The notes under the pieces are model-generated. The model did not search any database. It was given only the letters and a program-made list of their open reading frames with translations, and was not told the DNA's origin. This document shows positions 53,370 to 64,000 of a stretch of 64,000 bases of DNA, one piece after another (position 1 is the stretch's first letter; every line of letters starts with the position of its first letter). The position numbers and the translations under genes are program-made. This DNA is from Hydrolagus colliei (taxonomy: Eukaryota): positions 91,016,001 through 91,080,000 of the forward strand of contig CM068743.1 of assembly GCA_035084275.1 (NCBI GenBank). Reading direction: 5' to 3'.

Positions 53370-53853
53370 CCCCGTCACCCGCATTCTCATCCAAACCAAA
53401 CTTTGCTCCCTGATTACCCGTCCTTGCCAGATTTCACTGGTTCCCTGTCTCGGAGCAGATCGATTTCAAGATCTTCACTCTTGAATTCAAATTCCTCCAC
53501 TCCACTGCACCTCCCCTATCTCTCTGACCTCCTCTCTCCTCACAATAGTACATGTTGCCTTCTCTCTACTGGGTCTGGCCTCCTCCTTGCCCCCCAAATC
53601 CTCCGTTCCACCGTCGGTGGCCGTGCCTCCAGCCACTGCTCCCCGAGGCTCTGGAACCCCCTTCCTCACTCCTTTCGCCTCACCCATTCCTTTCCTATTT
53701 TCAGGTTGCACCTAAAGACTTTTCTTTTCAACCGTGCTTTTGGTTACCTTTTTCCGACTCCCCCTGGCTAGGCCCGGAATCCATTATTTGTGAAGCCCTC
53801 TGAGACGCCATCTGGTGTGGAGGGCACTATATAAATCTAAGTTGTTGTTGTTG
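53370..53853 (+). mobile_element. L2 3' fragment (same subfamily as 8085-9000)
   Basis: ORF 53322-53771 has PYLSDLLSPHNST and STVGGRA...PRLWNPLP...HLKTFLF; TTG tail. Confidence 0.9.
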
Positions 53854-53884
53854 TCTCCCTCCACCCCAATTTTAAAAAGCTTCC

Positions 53885-54085
53885 ACCTATGATTTAAATC
53901 CCAAACAGCCATGAAGCAAATCATCAGAGGAACTAATATTTTCCTTCGGATAGTGCCAAGGCATCTTGGGATATTTAACGTCCATCTGAACAGGCAGACA
54001 AAATGTTGGTTTAATATCTTATCCAAAGGATGGCAGCTCCAACAACACAACCTCAGCACTGCACTGGAATGTCAACCTAGCCTAA
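53885..54085 (-). mobile_element. DeuSINE core fragment
   Basis: TTTAACGTCCATCTGAACAGGCAGAC...CCTCAGCACTGCACTGGAATGTCA. Confidence 0.7.
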
Positions 54086-56689
54086 GTGAGATCAGCAGCA
54101 TTTATATTGCTTTCATGCTGCAATTCTAGACTCCCTAAGTATGATTGAAAAATGGAGTCAGCATTTTTACATGGCATTGGGATTTCTGGAGACTAGGGTC
54201 AGTAAATTACGTTCAACCATTGGTGGGCCTCTTGACTTAGTTTTGTAATTATTGTGATGACATTAAGGCGTTCACTCATTTCTCAACTGCCATCAGAATT
54301 TTGTTTAGGTATCTCTGCTGTTCAAAGTAATCATAGTGGAGACTGAGAAAAATTAAGTCACTTTGTTGTTCTGTTTGTGAGTTTGCTCCCCTTGTTTGGC
54401 ATACAAGATCATATAAAGATGAATATCCAACCATTTATTAATGGTCATATTTCCATGGAATGTCACTGAGTCTGCTCTTTCCAACTTGGCAGCTTTTCTC
54501 TTTCTGATTCCCATTTACTGTCTGTGGAGGCAATGGAGAAAGAGTTAACTGGTGCAGAACATGGATAAGTCAAAGGATCACTCTGTCATATCATAATCCC
54601 CATCGGAAATCATGTTAGTTTTCTATGGAACAGGAATCATATAAATTGCAGTGAGGCCATTCAGCACATTAGGAATACAGAAAGCAGCACATCAAGCCTG
54701 TTCTACCAGTTTATTAGATCTTGGCAGATCTTTTGAACCTCACGTTATTGAGTTTAAACTCATCCAGTTGATCTCATCCAGCTGGGTTTAAACGAACCAG
54801 CTCATCCATTGGTGGCTACACTAATCCTAAAATCCTGCTCTTTTCATTACATCTTTTTTGTTCTTCCTCTTCAAAATATGAAATTGCAAATAACTTTTCT
54901 GCTTCCAGAATAAATGACAGAGCCAGGATGTCAAATAACATGTTATATAGTGTCCTTCATGCGAGGCAGCACCTTGGAGTGCTTTTGGTTACACTGATAA
55001 GTAATATCAGTACGACAGTGATGTGTTTAATGTTACCAGACCCTGTTTGACCAGGACAGATGATGTTTAGTGAAATTCTGCCTTAAGCCGTTGTTTATTT
55101 CACCTTCTTATAGGGTGATAGTGATGGGTTCCTGCATATACCAACATGGCTGACCAAATAAATAGCAAAGAGTTGGAATCCAATGGTGAAGATTAAAGAA
55201 GTGACAAATGGCAGCAGTTTTCCTCCTTCATCATCCAACTTTGAAATAAGACTAGGAAGGCAAGAACATAATTGTTCTATTGATCAGCATGCATATTGCA
55301 CAAAGCAGGGAGACTGGTGGCAATATTCTTTCACTTTGTATTGAAAGGTCCTGACACTATTTCCAACACAAACAATTATTCAGTAAGTTGTGCTCTAACA
55401 CAGTAATACAAATTGATTTCTGAATTAGAGTTGCAGTCAAAGCAGATATCTGTCCTGATGGAATTTCTATCTACCTGTGGTCAACTGTGAAGAATCAGGA
55501 TCCTGCAATTTCTCATGGTTTTAGTCTTAAATCCACCGTCGTACAAGTTAGGATTTGGAGAATATTGGAAAACAGTCTTTAGAAGCTGTGTTTCCACAGT
55601 ACCAGAAAGAATTGCAGAAATCATGCAATCGGGGTATTGCGAGGCGAACAAATCTTTTGGTATTTTGTATACTGATCACTAAAATATTTTGGAATAGATG
55701 AGAATAGATGCAATATTTCATAACTAATTAAACGTTATAGCCTCAAATCTATTATAAGCATCATATTTTTCAACCCTTATTATGTTAAGCAGTGATCAAA
55801 GTTTATCAATAAGCTATTTCTTGGATGTTTACCTTTTCTTCTGGTGGGCACTAACTAGTCTGAACACTTATCCTCTGGAACAGGGATGGCCAATTTGTGG
55901 CCTACGGGCTGCATGGCCCACATGTAAAATAGTCACAGGACTGAACGTTGGTTACCTCTGCTCTATAAATTGAAATCTGTTGTAAGGCTCACATTAAGAT
56001 TTCCTGACACATGTGCAACTGGGAGCCGGAAATTGATAGAAATTGTCAATTACTATTCTTTGACCTAGATGTAATTCATTTCTACCCAAATCATTTCAGT
56101 TATTTTTCCTTCTGCTCCCGTGTCTGCCCTCACAAAAGTTATTAAGCCCCTTACTAATAATTCTACTTTTGACCAACATTAGATTGTAGCAGACGGAATT
56201 GCAACAAGATTAGTGAGGGAAAAAGAGAGAAGGGGAACAGTGAGGGGAAAGAGACCTACATGTTATACTTTGGCAAGAGAAAGATAAGAACTGATTGAAT
56301 AGAAAGGTCTGCTGTTTGAAAGCATTATATCATTGTGTTTTATGTTATATACAGTATATATACAAATTGAGTATACTTAGCATATATGAATGTACGAAGG
56401 TGCCAATCTGGTTTTAGGTTAGAAGGCTTTAGTCCCATGTCAAGACTTTGAGCTCATCATGTGAGTTGATGCTTCAATACACTGCTAGGGATTCTGTTGC
56501 ATTATTGGAGCTGCTATCGATCAGATCAGCCATCTGTCTGTTTAGGTGGGATGTCTTCCCGACGTGAAAGGCCCTCTAGAAATGTAATTTTGTTGTTGTT
56601 GTTGAATGTTAACAATCCCATGGCACTGTTCAAAAAGAGAAGGGATGTTCTCCCTATGTTTGAGACATTTCCAAATTTCTAGGCCCCAC

Positions 56690-57045
56690 TGTTCAATTTA
56701 AAAATTCTCACACTCGTATTCAAATCCCTTCATGCTCTACCTCTCTGACCTGCTGACTCCCAACTCATCACCGTTTGCCTCCCCTTGAATGGCTCTTGGC
56801 TCCTGCTTGTCCCCCACGCCCTCTATTCCACACTTTCAGCCTCTATGCCCCCAAATTCTGGGACTCTCTCCCTCAAATCCTCCACCTTGCCCCCACCTTT
56901 CCCATTTCCAGATCGCACCTGAAGACCTTCTCTTCGACTGTGCCTACGGTCATCTCCCCCCTTCCCCGGCTTGGCATCATTCTCCGCCAATGTCAAGCTC
57001 TCTGGGATGCATGAGGGATGCTATATAAATGCAAGTTGTTGTTGT
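56690..57045 (+). mobile_element. L2 3' fragment
   Basis: KILTLVFKSLH and FSLYAPKFWDSLP...HLKT; GTT tail. Confidence 0.8.
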
Positions 57046-57524
57046 AAGCACTATATAAAATGCAATGATTACTATTGTATGAGACTTCAATTGTTGTGGA
57101 ACATGGAAAAATTCCAGCCACCATTGACTAAGATTTCTGTGCAACTACTGAAACCGCCACATGCAATATGTACCACAATCATTATAATTAAACCAAGTTT
57201 ATGTGACGAGTTCACTGCTATTGTGGCAATATAAGGCAAGCATTTGGCCTCACTGAATAATTGAGTACTGTATCATGCATCAACAGCTTGTGACAGGCAT
57301 CGCTGGTTCTGTGGCTTCTCTGTAAAAATGCAAAGGTTGTCTAATAATAATTGGTGCATTGAGAAATGTCAGAACTATTGAAAGAATAGCCCTTGACCTG
57401 GTTGACAATCCTCAAAATAAATGGAAATTCACTTCATAAAGTGAGTTTCTCCCAGTACCCTGACCAATAAGCCTCAGGATAAAATCGGTCACTGACTACC
57501 AGTATCAAATGCAAGATGATTATC

Positions 57525-58397
57525 AAAATGCAAAGTACTGCAGATGTTGGAAATCTAACAGTTGTTCTCCTCTCAGCCCCTCTGGCACCTTCCCATGCCA
57601 GCATCGGAGTTGCAATACCTGCCCATCCTTCCATACTATTGTCCAAGGCCCCAAGTGAGATAGCGATTTAGATATTCTGCCACTAATGTAATCTACTGCA
57701 TTTGCTACTCACGATGTGGTCTCCTCTACATTGGGGAGACCGAACACAGATTGGGTGACTGATTTGCCAAACACCTTTGTTCTGTCCGCAAGCACAATCC
57801 TGAGCTTCTGGTTTCTTGCCACTTCAACTCTCCTTCCCACTTGCAGACATACCTTTCCATCCATGGTCTCCTATGCTGATTCAGTAAACCACAGCACAAG
57901 TTTGAGGAACAGGACCTCATCTATCTAAAATAAATTTAGAGCCCTGTCGACTCAATATTGATTTAAAAAATTTCAGACCATAACATCTCACCTAACACTC
58001 TTCCTGTTCTGTGATCATTATCACATCACTCTGGCCCCAGACACACCTTTTCCTTCTCAGGTGTGCTTGTTTCGTTGCAATTTCTATTTCTACCACCCAC
58101 CCCCACCACCCCACCCAACCCCATCTTTGGTTTGCATTATTAACACTTTTCTCTTATTTTGTTGCAATTCTGCCCCCTCACCCGTTTTGGTTTGCACCAT
58201 TAACATCCATCATCTCTTGTCCTCTACCCCATTCTCTCCCTTGTCTTTCTTGCCCGGCCTCTTCCTTCTCAGTTAGTTCTTAAAAGCCTCTTCCTCCCAA
58301 CATATCGCAGTTCCAAGGAAGGGTTATGGACCCAAAATGTTGACTCACATTCAAAATGATTGACATGTTGAATGTTCCCAGCAATTTCTATTTTGGA
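57525..58397 (+). mobile_element. Penelope-like retroelement remnant (GIY-YIG endonuclease plus 3' end)
   Basis: GTFPCQHRSCNTCP and NVIYCICYSRCGLLYIGETEHRLGD*FAKHL...SCHFNSPSH (YIGET at 57727-57741), a pyrimidine-rich 3' region, and a degenerate hammerhead-like motif near 58310-58345. Confidence 0.85.
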
Positions 58398-59084
58398 AGA
58401 TTATTATTATTTACACAGCAACTTCCAACAATTCCTGGTGTATTTTTCTGCTTAGTTAATAATTAAAGATGGAATGAGGAAACTGAACCTTTATATACAT
58501 CTTGTACTGGTTTCACTGATGAACACAGATGTTTGGCTCACAACTATCTTTATGCTCACTGATGTTGGCTACAAAGTATTTTTGGTACATTAGCAACCCC
58601 AAAGAATATAGTTAAATAGAAAGAATGGGCAAAAAGAGCAATAGAAACAAGCATTGATAAAACAGTCATGTTGACTTCAAAGGTTGATTTAGTAGAGAAT
58701 GATAAGACTACAATTATTGGCTTTGAAATTTCTCCAATGATAAAATCAAAGGAGCAGACCTTGTATTAGTTTACATTTGTATGAAGTTTTGACATAATCA
58801 GATTAGGGTGCAAAATCATGAATTGACAAATTGGATGTATTTAAAGATGGCAACAGAATAATAGGCCATCAAAGAAGCTTTGTTTCCCTCTTTGAATGTA
58901 TAATAACAAGCAGTTAGGTCTTGAAATTGGTCATCAGCCGAGCTCTGAAGTATAACTGCCGATCCATTTACCAACAGGTGGTGAATAATATGTGCTTGCT
59001 ATCATTTGATAAATGCACAGCAGAGGAAGACTCGCCACTCTGTGTCTTCAATTCAGTCTGTCTCTTGACTCTCACAAATGATAG

Positions 59085-59983
59085 TGTTAGAGATTAAATT
59101 CTCTTACTCTTTTAAAGCAGATTCGTTTATTCAGGTATACTCATTGAGCTGACACTAAAGCATATAAAACGACTACAATGCATGCAAACAGTCAAGCACT
59201 CCATTACTTCTGTTCCCTTCCGATTCTTCTTTTACTTTGTTCACCCTTTTCGCCTATTCCCTCTTATCCGATTCTGCCTCGGGTCTCAATATCGCATTAC
59301 GCCCTAGTCTTCACTTTTGGAGTTTACCTGTCATCCACCTCTTGTGATGACGCTCCATTACACTAGGTTTCTCAGAATGCAATCTCATACACCAATATAA
59401 TACCCGGCACGCATTCTTCAGGTTAAAAGGGAATAGTCCTTTCTCTTCCTTGCTTCCTCTCAGTCGGTCTCGGGGAAAAGTAGGGGTGTTGATCACTTGG
59501 TTACTGCTGTCACGTTACAGCTCTTCCATCAGTTGGTTCCCTTTCTTGAGAGCGGCTTGGCTACTGTCAGTTACAGTTTCTTCCATCAGTTGTTTCTCCT
59601 TCTCGAGAGCAGCTTGGCTACTGTCACGTTACAGTATCTTCCATCAGGTCCTTCTCCTTCTGCTCCTCCGTCTCCGCTCTGCTCTATTCCTTTGTCTCAA
59701 CACTTTTATCCTTTCTTGGACACATGGTGTTCACGTGAACATCTCATGCCACTCTCGTGCTTATTCACATTCTCTTTTACACCCAACTCTGCCTTTCTTC
59801 GCAAACAAGCTCTTCTTATCGCAGTCTGTTCTCGCCGGTTTCTAATGGTGACCTTGACAACTCAAACTATGTGCAGCAACTTCCCTTATCTTCTACAGCA
59901 GTTATACAAAAACATCATTCTAGCCCACTCTCTGTTTTTAACAGTCTATACTAATTTTAACCAGTTCTTCACCAACTCTAACA
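59085..59983 (-). repeat. 3' LTR (899 bp)
   Basis: Perfect 8-bp inverted ends TGTTAGAG/CTCTAACA; minus-strand AATAAA at 59126-31; preceded on the minus strand by the purine tract AAGGTGGGGAC. Confidence 0.85.
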
Positions 59984-60075
59984 GTCCCCACCTTGATACC
60001 GAATTAACATGAGGTATCACACAATCTTTTGCCCTGTATATTTCACTTCAACACAATATTACTTTAGTGTCACCT

Positions 60076-60095
60076 GAATCCTGCCGACTACGTCA
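60076..60095 (-). promoter_or_regulatory. Primer-binding site complementary to tRNA-Ser
   Basis: Plus strand GAATCCTGCCGACTACGTCA versus the recalled vertebrate tRNA-Ser 3' end GAATCCTGCCGACTACGCCA (19/20), 2 nt from the LTR edge. Confidence 0.88.
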
Positions 60096-60097
60096 AT

Positions 60098-60758
60098 TGT
60101 TGGAGATCCAATATCTCTCTCTCTTAACTTAGAAGTAAGGTTACGGCCAGCCTTTATTCTTTGTTAAGTCAGATTCTTTATTTGGGTATAACAAAAGTTG
60201 GCACTAAGGTTAGATAACATACTCTACTTTATCACACAGTTATAGTAATATACTACCCGGCGGGGTCTTTACTCTCACTCTTCTTGATCTGGGCGGTCTG
60301 CTGTCTCCCTTACAGCTCTTCCATCAATCGTACACACGGGCCTGGTTCAGCTCTGCTCGTATTCCAGGAGGAACAAAGATCATGCCGAATGACCGCATAA
60401 CCCTTATAACCCTCTTGCCCTTATAACCCCTGGCACCCCTCCGCCGACCTTCACATGCACATCTCATGGATGGTGTTCTTCCTCCAATCATTCCCGACTA
60501 TGCCCTCCACGCAGGTGCGTGATCCTGCAGGGTAAACCTGCTCTTTGTCATGTACGCTTTGCGCCCGAAACTTACAACTTTTACACTCGACCCTCATGGC
60601 GTTTGCACACCGTTCTCCCTTTTCCTCCTGTCTCTCAGGTCACATGAGGGGGTGTATGGTTAACTCAGCTCTCCAATCCCAGCACTTTCCAAGGCAAAAC
60701 CCTGCCTTTGCTAATTTACCACGTGTTACAACGTCAAATTTGAATTCATATCACAACA
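60098..60758 (-). repeat. 5' LTR (661 bp)
   Basis: TGTTGGAG...CACAACA; minus-strand AATAAA at 60177-82; TTATAA at 60404 and 60421; patchy homology to 59085-59983. Confidence 0.7.
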
Positions 60759-62289
60759 ATAGTACTGTATTACAAGGAAAGGACGATGAGACTTTGGGTT
60801 GAAAAAATTGCAACATTTCCTAACAGATTGAATTATCATAGTAAATGTATTAAAAAATATCATATTTTCAAATAACTTTAGCACACATATTGGAAGCTTA
60901 ATCATTTAAACCTTCTTGCTTAGAGTTTAATTTGAAAAAAATATGTGTGCTCGAAGCAGGGGAGAACATTTTACTTTTTACAACTGATTTGCTGTGATAC
61001 AGCAAATCTATTGTGAAATATGACACTTTTAACCCTAAAATCCCTTAGTCTTTTATCAACAGACCTCAATAGATACCACTTGGGGCTTGTTAGTTTCACA
61101 ACAAAAGACAAGAATAAAATGGACAAAGATACAGGATAGTGACATAATTGATAATTACAAAGAATAATATGTCTCACTAAAATGAAGTATTTAAATCTGT
61201 TAAAAGGCATAATAAGACATAGTGTACTATTATTTTTAATTTTTCATTCCAAAACACGTGTCCTTTCCGAAACTATTTATTAGCATTGCAATTAGTTGTA
61301 CGGAAATGGAAAAAAACATAAAAAGGTAGACATCTAAAACTCAACATATATTATTTGTTTTATAAACATTACACAGCATTCATGGATAGGTGCACCATCT
61401 ATTTTCCAGTAATGTCATGAGTTACTTTTCAATCGATACATTAAGACTGTTATCCTGCATAATGCAGAAACTTGACAGGAATTAAATGTCACAGGACATG
61501 ACATAAGACCCTTGCCACATTTTAATTAGAGTATGTCTGAGGGAAGGCGCATAAATTCATTTCAGACATACAGATCTTTTCACTTTGTACATACATACCA
61601 TGCTTGAAACCCTTATTTTACGAGCTAGTGAGTAAGTGTGATGCACAGACTTCTTTAGTAGAAAATATTACTGGTATAAATTTTAAAAAACTGTACGTCA
61701 ACTTTTCAACAAAGAATCCTTTGAGATAAAGCTCACAACATCAGAGTGGATTGGCAATTGCTGTTACTATGGAGACAAACTTGTCTATTGACCAGTGTCA
61801 TGAAGGTGGCCTTTAGGTATTCACCATGTTCAGTCACTGTGCTTCCCCTTTCACTCACAATATAAAATGACGTTTCCCTCAGGAATACATGTTCCAATTA
61901 TGGGCATTCCTATGTATTTATATGCTGAGTATTTTTTCTACACCAGGTTTCCATTGCAGTTTTAAAAAATGTTTCCAGTATGAATGTGCAACTTGTAGCC
62001 CACTCAAATTGAATATAAGAAAGCAAATGGGTTATTGCTGTGTATAAATCGGCTCCCACATTCACAGACAAAATAAGCAGCCACCACATTATACAGTAAA
62101 TCCTGTGGAGCCATGATCTGAAAGGTGCTTTATTAAATGCAAAGATTATTTTTATAACTGTGTTAACATTTCAAGACTATGAAGAATTTGGGAAAATACT
62201 TAAATTCAGTTTTAATTTTGAAGTTGATTTTTCAGGGCCCATAGTGAAGCAAGTTAAAATAATCCGTCCAAAATAAAACACAATGGTAA

Positions 62290-62462
62290 AAATTGGTCAT
62301 TTCAATCCACGACTGTTTGTGGGACACTGCTATGCGCAATTTGCTGCCGCATTTTGCCCACAAATATGCAGTCAATTCACTTTACAGTAGATTCTGTGAA
62401 GCGCTTTGAGATGTCGATAAGATGTGAAAAGCACTACATGAAATGCAAGGATTATTATTATT
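62290..62462 (+). mobile_element. tRNA-SINE 3' half
   Basis: Close match to the family body and tail. Confidence 0.88.
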
Positions 62463-64000
62463 GTATATATTATTTATTATTTAAAATTCAATTTCAGAAC
62501 TTTCCAAAATTCTGCAGTCTTACTTTTTAAAACAGTTGTTTTTAGTCTAAGTCTATGAAGAATTCTAGGCCTTTGATGGCTGCTTCAGATTTTACTTTGT
62601 TGTTTCCTGGTATTATTAAACAAAATAAGTTGCACTCAGAAATTCACCTCATAGTTATTGTACAGGATTATGAATGCAAAGCACAGTGAGTTTTCAATGA
62701 AGCACACCATTTCTGAAACATAAAAGTTGTGACTGGAAACTTTCCCAATGGTGACCCAAAGCACAGATCGATCAGTTACTTTGACTCCAGTTCTAACAAT
62801 TGGTTCAGAGCAGCACAGTAGAGACCTTGGGAATAGCATTTTCACTAAGCAGGATGATCATTCACATGTCACACAATGAAGATAAGTGTCCAACAATTAT
62901 CACTGACTAGTTAGTAGCATTTAGTGTTGGAAGCTATGTTAAACATTAAACATTATTCATTTATTTGGAATGAACAGAATACAGTGTTCATGAAATGGGA
63001 CTAAACCTAACCCACTTCCCTTATAATGCATTTCATTATAAATTGGGATTCCTTAAAAGGTATATTTGACTTTGGTGCGAGGACCACCTGGCTTCTCACA
63101 ATAAGAAAAATGACTGAAGAAAAATCAGATTATAGTTTACAACATTTTTTTTCCTGCATGTGGTGCATATGCATTTTACATGCCAAGGAATGATTATATC
63201 TATGGCACTTTCTCTGCATAGCAAACATGTGCAGCACACAGGAAGTTACATTAGCAATCACCAGACAACCTGGAAGTCAGCCATTTATTTAAGAAGCAGG
63301 AACACACAAGTGTCCACAAAGTGATAGTGGTGACCCGATAATCCTAGGAGCTGGACATATTTTAGTGTGGGAAGCCAGCTGGCTTTCCTTACACATACAC
63401 AATGCATTAACCACAGCCATTCTTAATCAAATTCCATTACAAGACATGTTGGAATTTTTGTGAGCTCCAACTGCCACCTTACACCAGGGCTTGTGCTGTA
63501 ATTTGTTGTCAAACCATTTCAGGCAATGTTTAATGGGTGAGAAAAGAAAAGTTAGAAGTTGTCGAAGAAATAAACAGTATTTGAGACTTCCAAGTACATG
63601 TTCTGAGAGACATGCTTTGCTTTAAGTTTTAGTTTCAGCATCTGTCAATCATCAGTAGTGAAATGTGGGCATTGTGATTGCTGTTTTATGGAACAATCTG
63701 AATGGTTCACTTGCCAAAGTTCAGTATTTTCATCGACCAACCCTTAACTCATGAGCATTCAGATACCTGAGAGGTAAAACAGTCCTTGAACAAGTGAACA
63801 AATGCTTGTTACTCATTGGTATTGGTAAAATGTTCTTATTACGGTGTAGGATTAAATAATCTTTTTCAGATTTAACAAGACATTATAGTTTAAACCAATG
63901 TCTGTATTGCCAGCCAGTATGGCATTCTTACATGTATAACTTAATTTGTGGGTTTATCTGTTCATTTTGGTAATGACAATGGCTTTCATTCCCAATTTGT

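Larger units (their letters stand above)
59085..60758 (-). mobile_element. Miniature LTR element: LTR - PBS - PPT - LTR, no coding capacity
   Basis: TG...CA ends, ATAG on both sides (59081-84, 60759-62), PBS and PPT correctly placed, internal region only 114 bp. Confidence 0.75.

Noticed and set aside
55515-55682. Short CpG-containing ORF/exon candidate (MVLVLNPPSYKLGFGEYWK...)
   Set aside because: Weak splice signals and no recognisable homology
59497-59648. CRISPR-like repeat array
   Set aside because: Direct tandem units without unique spacers, vertebrate context, no cas genes
59450-60012. 131-aa and 171-aa ORFs
   Set aside because: Lie antisense within an LTR and its tandem repeat; no gag, pol or env motifs
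60076-60095. tRNA-Ser gene fragment
   Set aside because: Only the 3' 20 nt, including the CCA position, next to an LTR; better explained as a primer-binding site

Overview
Eukaryotic, repeat-dense, mostly non-coding vertebrate DNA. The repeat mix (L2 and CR1 LINEs, a tRNA-headed SINE and a DeuSINE/SacSINE-like SINE with L2-type tails, Penelope GIY-YIG remnant, Tigger elements) points by inference to a cartilaginous fish. I found no intact host protein gene, RNA gene or CRISPR array. Almost all listed ORFs are transposon fragments, low-complexity sequence or chance. Two things stand out. (1) About 1650-11250 (-) holds a decayed, apparently intronless, Cys-rich coding fossil broken up by later insertions. 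It carries an old internal duplication that shows synonymous-site divergence, and an ordered motif series tentatively resembling foamy-virus Env. (2) 59085-60758 (-) is a 1.67-kb LTR element with a tRNA-Ser PBS, a PPT, only 114 bp of internal sequence, a 4-bp ATAG target-site duplication, and two related but very different LTRs. Family names come from recalled motifs, not database searches. Boundaries of decayed repeats are approximate.
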